Of a stretch of DNA of 14,763 nt, positions 8,545 through 14,763 are shown piece by piece (position 1 is the first letter of the stretch; every line of letters begins with the position of its first letter). The notes beneath the pieces are model-generated. The model did no database searches. It saw only the letters and a program-made list of their open reading frames with translations, and was not told where the DNA came from. The position numbers were made by a program, and so were the translations under genes. The DNA is taken from contig JBGSTX010000350.1 in assembly GCA_041736305.1 (NCBI GenBank), positions 1 through 14,763 on the forward strand, read 5' to 3'. This stretch comes from Oligoflexus sp. (GTDB lineage: Bacteria; Bdellovibrionota_B; Oligoflexia; Oligoflexales; Oligoflexaceae).

Positions 8545-8573
8545 ATTATAAAAACGAGGGACCCTCAAGTCAC
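8545..8573 (-). promoter_or_regulatory. Putative sigma70 promoter for pyc
   Basis: On the minus strand: GTGACT (8573-8568), a 17-nt spacer, and a perfect TATAAT (8550-8545), about 54 nt upstream of the pyc ATG. Confidence 0.55.
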
Positions 8574-8628
8574 AGTACCGAAGGAAGAGGTTTCTGAGGA
8601 CAGTGACTTACGCATAGGCAGGAGAAGC

Positions 8629-11600
8629 GTGCAGGCGCATCATAGTATATCAAGTCTTTATGACGTTATTGTACAGAAAAGCAGAGACAAAAAGCCTCTT
8701 AGCCTCATAGGTCTCAGTGAAGGTCAGAAAATATGGCTTCTATCTTTGCTCGTACAAGGCTGCATGAAACGGCCCAGTTCCGTGAAGGGCCGCCTTATCA
8801 TTGTGCACAGCGATGCTAAATATCTCCAGCAGGTCGAAAGTCTTATACGCAGTAATTGCTCGCTTACGGCAGATATTCTCGAGCTTGAGCCCCAGCAGTT
8901 TTGGGGTCTCAATCGTTTTGCCAATCAGGGCGATATAATCAGCGAACGCTTGCGAGCCATGACTGTCTTGAGCATTAAGCCAGGTGGACTTGAGGTGATG
9001 TTTGCGAGCTTTGCGGGTTTGATGCAGAAGACCGCGCCGCAGAGCGTTTTCAATGCTTCACTGTTCAGACTGGAGAAAGGCAGCGACTACGATTTCGAGC
9101 AAGTGATAGAAGCACTAGAAGAGCGAGCTTATCGACAAGTCGACCAAGTTGACGAGCCCGGTCAGTATGCCATTAAAGGCGGGTTGCTCGATGTTTTCAG
9201 TCCGGCCCACCATCTTCCTCTTCGCTGTGAATTTTTTGCTGATACTCTAAATTCCCTCAAAACTTTTGAAGCGGACAGTCAGCTCTCTCAGGGAGAAATG
9301 GACATTGCTTGGATCGTTCCCCTGTGGGAGCAGCATTTTCCACGGAGTGAGAGAGCCACAGCAACACAAAAGCTCTATGAGGCTTTGCTTGAGCAAGCTA
9401 TTGCGGCCGCTGATAGGCAGGGTATAGTCGATGCATTTGCATCGTTTTACCCAGTGGTGGAAATGCCCCTACTTTTGCCTGCTTTAAGACCGGGGCCCAG
9501 CAGCTGTATTTGGGATTTTCTTGATCCTAACGACACTCTTTTCTTTCTGGATCCAAGCAGCAAGTGCCTGGATCGATATATCCATTTTTTGGAACGTCAG
9601 CAGGCTGAAGCACTTGAGGATGCTGCAGCGCAGCGTCCTGGGTTGCCACCAGATCAGCATTTTATGAGCACTGCTGAAGCGCAGGTTCGCTTAGATCGCC
9701 CCCTGCTGCGAGTTGAATGTGGAGAGATTTTCAATTCCGAAACCATAACAGTTCATCGCATTCAGAGCCCGGTTCCTTTAGAGTGGCAAAGCTCTGGCGC
9801 AGCCCTAGCAGAGGCGTCAGGACTGAGCTTTTGGATGAAAAACCTCATTACCCTGGAAAGTACAGGCCAGAAAATTTTGATCCTGGTTCGTCAGGAAGAG
9901 CATGTACTTCGACTAAAAAGTCTCCTGCAGCACCATCAGCTTAGCTTTCATTTGAGCCAAAGCACAGCCGTCGAAGCAGCTCATGAACGACCTTCGGAAT
10001 CGGTGCGGATCGTTCTAGGTTCTCTCCCTCAGATGCTCTGGGAGGATCGGGAGGGTCTTCTCATCCTGCCCGAGCACGTGCTCTTCGGCGAAAGCTTTCA
10101 AGCCTTGCGCCGAAGAAAACGATCTTCGGCTGCAGTATTTCGCTCTTTTCAGGATCTGGAGGCCGGTTCTTTGGTGGTGCATGTCGACCACGGTATAGGT
10201 CGCTATATAGGTATGAGGACCATGGAAGTTGCTGGAATTAGGACAGACTTCCTAGTCCTTGAATACGCTGATCAGGATAGGCTTTACTTACCTGTCCATC
10301 GGCTCAACCTACTCCAAAGATATAGCGGCTCGACCGATAATGAAGACCACCCAGCTATTGACAAACTGCGCAGCCAGGCTTGGGGCAAGCGCAAGTCGAA
10401 AGCTAAAAAAGCCATCAAGGAAATGGCTGATCAGCTGCTTAAGATCTACGCACAACGCAAATTAGCTAAAGGCTACAGCTACTCGGTGCCTAGCGACGAA
10501 TATTTCCAATTCGAGGCCGATTTTTCTTTTATGGAAACGCCTGATCAGCAAAAGGCTATTGATGAAGTCAACAGCGATCTTTCAAGTCCTCAACCTATGG
10601 ACCGTTTGGTTTGCGGAGATGTCGGTTTTGGTAAGACCGAAGTCGCTCTGAGAGCAGCTATGAGAGTGGTTTTAGATGGCTTTCAGGTCATGGTCCTCGC
10701 ACCGACTACACTACTGAGTTACCAGCACTGGGAGACTTTCAAAGCTCGATTCAAACGTTTTGGAGTGGAGGTAGGCTTAGTTAATCGCTTCGTTAAGGCC
10801 GAAGAAATTCGAAAAACTCTAAGCGGATTCAAAGGAGGACAAGTCGACATTCTGATTGGCACTCATAGACTCTTATCGAAGGACGTCGAACCGAAGAGAC
10901 TTGGACTCCTTGTCGTTGACGAAGAGCAAAGGTTCGGGGTGGGTCACAAGGAAACTATCAAGAAGATCAAAGCTAACTGCGATGTGCTGACTCTAACAGC
11001 CACCCCCATACCTCGCTCGCTGCACATGGCGCTACTGGGAATTCGCGACATTTCGGTTATTGCAACGCCTCCGACTGAGCGTTTGGCGATTAAGACTTTT
11101 ATTGCTCAGTTTGACGATGAGCTCATTCGCAAAGCGATTTTGCAAGAAGCTCAAAGAGGCGGGCAGGTGTTTTTCGTCCATAACCGAGTCAATGACATTC
11201 TAGAAGTGCGGGCCCATCTGCAGAAAATTGTGCCTGAGGTATCAATCGCTATTGCTCATGGACAAATGAAGGAAAACAATGTCGAGACGATAATTATCGA
11301 TTTCATTCAAAGGAAATACTCGCTACTCCTCTGCACTACTATAATCGAATCCGGTATCGATATGCCTAACGTAAATACTATAATTGTTAACAATGCAGAT
11401 AGATTCGGGCTCTCGCAGCTCTATCAGATGCGAGGTCGGGTGGGGCGTTCAAACCGGCAATCGTTTGCGTATTTTTTAACCCAAGGAGCACTGGCCGATC
11501 GCGATAACGCTCGTCAGCGACTCGAAATCCTAGCCGCTCACCAGGAGTTGGGCGTTGGTTTTCAGATTGCGAGCTATGATATGGAGCTTCGGGGGACAGG

Positions 11601-12180
11601 AAATCTCCTCGGTGGCGAGCAGTCTGGCCAGATGAGTGATATTGGATATGAGCTCTATCTCGACCTTTTAGACAAAGAGATTGCAACGATGAGGGGCGAA
11701 GAAAAAGCTCCTGATGTTGATCCCGAAATCAAAATTCCTATTTCAGCCTCGATTCCGGAAACTTATATCCCCAAAGAAAAGCAGCGCTTGGCTTTCTACA
11801 AAAGTTTATTTTCCGCCACGGTCCTCGAAGACGTGCAGCGTCTCGCTTTCGAAATGCGCGACCGTTTCGGCCCTCCGCCTGAAATCGCTTCCGCACTTTT
11901 CGGAATTGCCTCGCTCAAAGTGGTGCTTCGTCAGCTGCGCGTGGCGCAGATTCAAAGAGTCCGTGATGGCACCTACGAACTCCGCTTCGGACAGCTCGAA
12001 GCCTCAGCCATAAAGGGAGTTGCTGAAGCTTGCGAGCAGCGGCCTAAGAATCTTCATCTGACCGCTGATTTTCGTCTCATCTTAAAAACCAAGGTAGTCG
12101 GTGATACTGGCCAAGAACTCGCAGAGCTGATCGAACAACTCTTGCCTCTGACGATGGGTCAGGACCATCAGAAGCTATAG
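8629..12180 (+). CDS. mfd: Transcription-repair coupling factor
   Basis: UvrB-homology (GGLLDVFS), RID/CarD (VVHVDHGIGRYIG), helicase motifs GDVGFGKT, DEEQRFG, TATPIPR and QMRGRVGR, TRG motif (DMELRGTGNLLG) and TRCF C-terminus. The start is placed at GTG 8629 behind AGGAG (8620-8624); the ORF-track start TTG 8518 overlaps the pyc promoter. Confidence 0.96.
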   Translation: MQAHHSISSLYDVIVQKSRDKKPLSLIGLSEGQKIWLLSLLVQGCMKRPSSVKGRLIIVHSDAKYLQQVESLIRSNCSLTADILELEPQQFWGLNRFANQGDIISERLRAMTVLSIKPGGLEVMFASFAGLMQKTAPQSVFNASLFRLEKGSDYDFEQVIEALEERAYRQVDQVDEPGQYAIKGGLLDVFSPAHHLPLRCEFFADTLNSLKTFEADSQLSQGEMDIAWIVPLWEQHFPRSERATATQKLYEALLEQAIAAADRQGIVDAFASFYPVVEMPLLLPALRPGPSSCIWDFLDPNDTLFFLDPSSKCLDRYIHFLERQQAEALEDAAAQRPGLPPDQHFMSTAEAQVRLDRPLLRVECGEIFNSETITVHRIQSPVPLEWQSSGAALAEASGLSFWMKNLITLESTGQKILILVRQEEHVLRLKSLLQHHQLSFHLSQSTAVEAAHERPSESVRIVLGSLPQMLWEDREGLLILPEHVLFGESFQALRRRKRSSAAVFRSFQDLEAGSLVVHVDHGIGRYIGMRTMEVAGIRTDFLVLEYADQDRLYLPVHRLNLLQRYSGSTDNEDHPAIDKLRSQAWGKRKSKAKKAIKEMADQLLKIYAQRKLAKGYSYSVPSDEYFQFEADFSFMETPDQQKAIDEVNSDLSSPQPMDRLVCGDVGFGKTEVALRAAMRVVLDGFQVMVLAPTTLLSYQHWETFKARFKRFGVEVGLVNRFVKAEEIRKTLSGFKGGQVDILIGTHRLLSKDVEPKRLGLLVVDEEQRFGVGHKETIKKIKANCDVLTLTATPIPRSLHMALLGIRDISVIATPPTERLAIKTFIAQFDDELIRKAILQEAQRGGQVFFVHNRVNDILEVRAHLQKIVPEVSIAIAHGQMKENNVETIIIDFIQRKYSLLLCTTIIESGIDMPNVNTIIVNNADRFGLSQLYQMRGRVGRSNRQSFAYFLTQGALADRDNARQRLEILAAHQELGVGFQIASYDMELRGTGNLLGGEQSGQMSDIGYELYLDLLDKEIATMRGEEKAPDVDPEIKIPISASIPETYIPKEKQRLAFYKSLFSATVLEDVQRLAFEMRDRFGPPPEIASALFGIASLKVVLRQLRVAQIQRVRDGTYELRFGQLEASAIKGVAEACEQRPKNLHLTADFRLILKTKVVGDTGQELAELIEQLLPLTMGQDHQKL

Positions 12181-12192
12181 ATTTTTTGGGTC

Positions 12193-13302
12193 ATGAAGCC
12201 GTATAATAAGCGTAAAACACCATTACGCGAGCCTTTCATGAAACTCAAAATCAAGAAGCGCTGGATTTTTGCAGGCATTTGGACCGGATGTTTCGTGTTT
12301 GGATCATTTGCCTGGAAAGTGCTTCATACCGGATCGTTTTCTTATGAAGGAAAGTCGGAGATCAATTCGGTGGAAGATCTTGACCTGACGGTTTCTGTAG
12401 GTGACTTTCTGATTACCCGAGAAGATATTGAGTGGGAATACCAATATTATATGCAACAGCTCACGGATCTAGGCTCGCTTGATCATGACGAAGGCAACGG
12501 CAAGAGCGATGCTGAAGATGAAAATAGGATCTCCCAGGAGAAGGGGCAGACGCCTTCTGGACAAGAGCAAAAGCCGATCATCGAACTCTACAATAAAATC
12601 TTGAGTCAGCTGATAGAGCGCAAACTCCTTTATCAGTTTCTCTCCAGGGATGTACACTTTGATCTCAACGATCCTGCCCGATTTACAAGCTGCTTGCAGG
12701 AGTGGCAGAAGACAGTTGATAGTCAGGCAGTTTTTTTCAGGGATGAAAAACCCCGTAATTATCTCAAGGCAATGCTCTGCGAGCAAAATATCCTTCAGCA
12801 GTATGTAAATGAGCGCATTTTGGCGGCTATTCATTTCACTGATGAGGAGACGCGTTCGTACTACGAAGAGCACAAAGCTGAATTCTCCCAACCCGCACGC
12901 GTAACAATAAGGCAAGTTGTGTTAGCTTCAGAAAACGAAGCAAAAAAGATAAGGGCGCGGATAACTAGTCAAAACTTTGCGAATATCGCCAAAGAAGCTT
13001 CGATTTCCCCTGAGGCGGAGGTAGGTGGCCTTTTAGGGCCCTTCGCGAAAGGCGAAATGCCATCTCTTTTTGACATATCATTCGACATGGCTCCAGGAGA
13101 AATTCAGGGAATCTTAAAGTCAACTTATGGCTTCCATATTATTATGCTAGAGAAAAAATTTGCAAAGGCGCAACTGGGATGGGAAGCTGCCCGGGCGCAG
13201 ATTGAAAAGAAACTCAGTCGTAAACGTGAAGAAGAGGAATACAAAAAATGGGTCGAAATGGCTCTGAACAATATACAGATCAAGTCATCTCGAACATTCT
13301 AA
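12193..13302 (+). CDS. Membrane-anchored parvulin-type peptidyl-prolyl isomerase (PrsA/SurA-like)
   Basis: N-terminal basic stretch plus TM, a SurA-N-like helical region, and parvulin motifs SISPEAEVGGLLG, MP and STYGFHII. An alternative start is ATG 12238. Confidence 0.88.
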   Translation: MKPYNKRKTPLREPFMKLKIKKRWIFAGIWTGCFVFGSFAWKVLHTGSFSYEGKSEINSVEDLDLTVSVGDFLITREDIEWEYQYYMQQLTDLGSLDHDEGNGKSDAEDENRISQEKGQTPSGQEQKPIIELYNKILSQLIERKLLYQFLSRDVHFDLNDPARFTSCLQEWQKTVDSQAVFFRDEKPRNYLKAMLCEQNILQQYVNERILAAIHFTDEETRSYYEEHKAEFSQPARVTIRQVVLASENEAKKIRARITSQNFANIAKEASISPEAEVGGLLGPFAKGEMPSLFDISFDMAPGEIQGILKSTYGFHIIMLEKKFAKAQLGWEAARAQIEKKLSRKREEEEYKKWVEMALNNIQIKSSRTF

Positions 13303-14297
13303 GGCCTTCTTTTGGGGCCTTAATCGGACTTTGGATCAGTTTTGGCATTTCGACTCCTCTATTGGCCGCTGAACAACTCATCGACCGCTTACTTGCAGAA
13401 GTGAATGGTGAGGCCATTACCTATAGCCAGGTCCAGACTAAAGTAAGCAAGGGCCCGCTTATAGAAGTGTCCCCTTACCCTGCCCTCGAAAGTGATCCGC
13501 AGGAACGGATAGCACTCCAGGACCTCATAAATAAGACTATGATCATGCAAAAGGCAGACGAGCTCGATCTCGAGGTTTCCGACTCGGAACTTCAGGAGGA
13601 AATTAATAAATTTCTTCAGCGTCGCCAGATGACTAAAGAAGCGCTTATGGAAGCTCTCGCTCAGCAAGGGATGAGTTACGAGCAATACAAAGAGGATTTT
13701 CGCACGCAGTCGATTATTCAGATGTTTCAAGGTCGGGAACTCTTGCCTCAGCTAAAGGTCACCGATCGTGACGTGCAGCTCTATTATCTGCGTAATTCGG
13801 GAAGTCTTGGCGAAAACATCAAGCTCTCGCTCAAGCAACTTGATGTCTCCATCCCTAGCGATGCAGTTCCTGCTGTAAAAGAAGGTAAAAAGCAGCTCAT
13901 TGAAAAAGTCTATCAGGAGCTCGAGGGTGGGATGCCTTTTGATCAGGCTGTGAAGATCTATTCTGACAACGAGAGTGCGCGTGAAAACGGCGGCGCAATG
14001 CCGCAGATCTTTCTGAAGGATCTCGCGCCTATGTTTCAAAACAGTATCAAAGATCTTGAAGAGGGTCGTTACACACGACCTATAGAAACCCCGGGCGGGT
14101 ACTTCATTTTTTATGTCGAGAAGCGGGAATTTGCGGGTAACGACGATTATCAAAAGAAAAAGCCCCAGTTGGAAGCGGCCCTGAAACAGGAAGAAATGGG
14201 CAAGCTGCTGCAGAAATGGATAGAGAGCCAGCGTCGTCGCTCGAACATAAAGATTAAGGACGACGCTGTGGGCAAGGAAAAAGCAGCGGCTAGTTAA
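13248..14297 (+). CDS. surA: SurA-like periplasmic chaperone / PPIase
   Basis: Signal peptide ending PLLA, then IDRLLAEVNGEAIT (SurA N-terminal signature) and one parvulin domain (YSD...NGG...L.P.F...PIETPGG). It overlaps the upstream gene by 55 nt; GAGGA precedes the ATG. Confidence 0.85.
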   Translation: MGRNGSEQYTDQVISNILRPSFGALIGLWISFGISTPLLAAEQLIDRLLAEVNGEAITYSQVQTKVSKGPLIEVSPYPALESDPQERIALQDLINKTMIMQKADELDLEVSDSELQEEINKFLQRRQMTKEALMEALAQQGMSYEQYKEDFRTQSIIQMFQGRELLPQLKVTDRDVQLYYLRNSGSLGENIKLSLKQLDVSIPSDAVPAVKEGKKQLIEKVYQELEGGMPFDQAVKIYSDNESARENGGAMPQIFLKDLAPMFQNSIKDLEEGRYTRPIETPGGYFIFYVEKREFAGNDDYQKKKPQLEAALKQEEMGKLLQKWIESQRRRSNIKIKDDAVGKEKAAAS

Positions 14298-14587
14298 GGA
14301 AGCCTGCTGTTGCGGTTTCTGATAATTATTGCCGCTAAGATGAGACTAAAGGCCAACAGTCTAATCAGGTAGACCCAGCTGTTTGCTTCGGTGAGGTCGC
14401 TGCGGGATCGAGTGGCCGAATCGTGGACTACGAAAAGTACGACCCTTTCGATTGAAAGGCAGGCTAAAGCCGCAGAAAACATCAAAAAAAAACGGTCTTT
14501 CGAAGCTATCCAAAACTTCAAAAAGAAAATCGCGGATGCAGCAAAAGTGGCCATGCTGATCCCCGACAGAAAATCAGCCGCATTCAT
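14294..14587 (-). CDS. Small 3-TM membrane protein, DUF5985-like
   Basis: FLSG...IFFLKFW..SKDRFF..F...ER...VYLIRLLAF.LI..AII..N matches my recollection of the DUF5985 pattern. ATG at 14587 with GGAG 8 nt upstream. Confidence 0.8.
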   Translation of the reverse strand: MNAADFLSGISMATFAASAIFFLKFWIASKDRFFLMFSAALACLSIERVVLFVVHDSATRSRSDLTEANSWVYLIRLLAFSLILAAIIIRNRNSRLP

Positions 14588-14763
14588 CAAGCTCTCTCCA
14601 ATTGAAACCTCGTCCTTTAGGGCGAGGAGGAATTTGGAGGGATCAATCTCCCAGGTCGGAGATAATCCCCAAAGGGTGCCGGTCTTTCCCGGCTGTCAGT
14701 CTCGTGAGAGACATCTGAGTTACCTCAGCGTACTCCGCTTGCGCGGGTAAAGGTCTCCTCGCC
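14588..14763 (-). mobile_element. 3' portion of a probable non-autonomous IscB-type IS200/IS605 (HEARO/omega-RNA) element, truncated by the window edge
   Basis: The minus strand reads GGCGAGGAGACCTTTACCCGCGCAAGCGGAG...GAGGTAACTC (resembles the HEARO/omega-RNA 3' region). Later it reads TTCCTCCTCGCCCTAAAGGACGAGGTTTC...TTG|ATGA (IS200/IS605-type imperfect terminal hairpin followed by ATGA). No iscB ORF lies in between. Confidence 0.7.
14715..14763 (-). ncRNA. 3' end of HEARO/omega-RNA-like structured RNA (continues beyond window)
   Basis: Two GNRA-capped hairpins on the minus strand, CCGC-GCAA-GCGG (14746-14735) and CTGAG-GTAA-CTCAG (14728-14715), preceded by GGCGAGGAGACCTTTACC. Confidence 0.62.

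Noticed and set aside
8518-8628. N-terminal extension of mfd from TTG 8518
   Set aside because: No RBS, it overlaps the pyc promoter, and GTG 8629 has AGGAG.
385-14153. Numerous 60-150 aa ORFs nested in or antisense to gpsA, lgt, the dehydrogenase, pyc, mfd, the PPIase and surA
   Set aside because: These are shadow ORFs fully overlapping well-supported genes, with no motifs.
14608-14627. Hairpin interpreted as an intrinsic terminator or CRISPR repeat
   Set aside because: It is a single copy with no spacer array, lies immediately upstream of a start codon, and fits an IS200/IS605-type end better.
14391-14750. 119-aa plus-strand ORF
   Set aside because: It is antisense to the DUF5985-like gene and runs through the hairpin-rich element, with no recognisable protein features.

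Overview
Bacterial chromosomal window, mostly housekeeping genes. The mfd-PPIase-surA synteny and the divergent proteins suggest a Bdellovibrionota/deltaproteobacteria-like host (inference only). Gene order: partial CDS (+), gpsA (-), a four-gene membrane operon (+), a Zn-dependent dehydrogenase (+), pyc (-), mfd-PPIase-surA (+), a small DUF5985-like membrane gene (-), and a hairpin-dense element running off the right edge. Two things stand out. (1) 1418-2890 looks like a miniaturised, degenerate complex I membrane module. It has a NuoK-like protein, a free-standing 52-aa peptide resembling only the NuoL C-terminal tail, and a NuoN-like protein that has lost most proton-channel residues. The ORFs are intact, tightly coupled and followed by an atypical lgt. 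(2) 14588-14763 (minus strand) resembles the 3' part of an IscB/HEARO (omega-RNA, IS200/IS605) element with no nuclease ORF. It ends exactly at an ATGA that is the start codon of the DUF5985-like gene and appears to supply that gene's ribosome-binding site. All homology calls are by eye from remembered family motifs; no searches were run.
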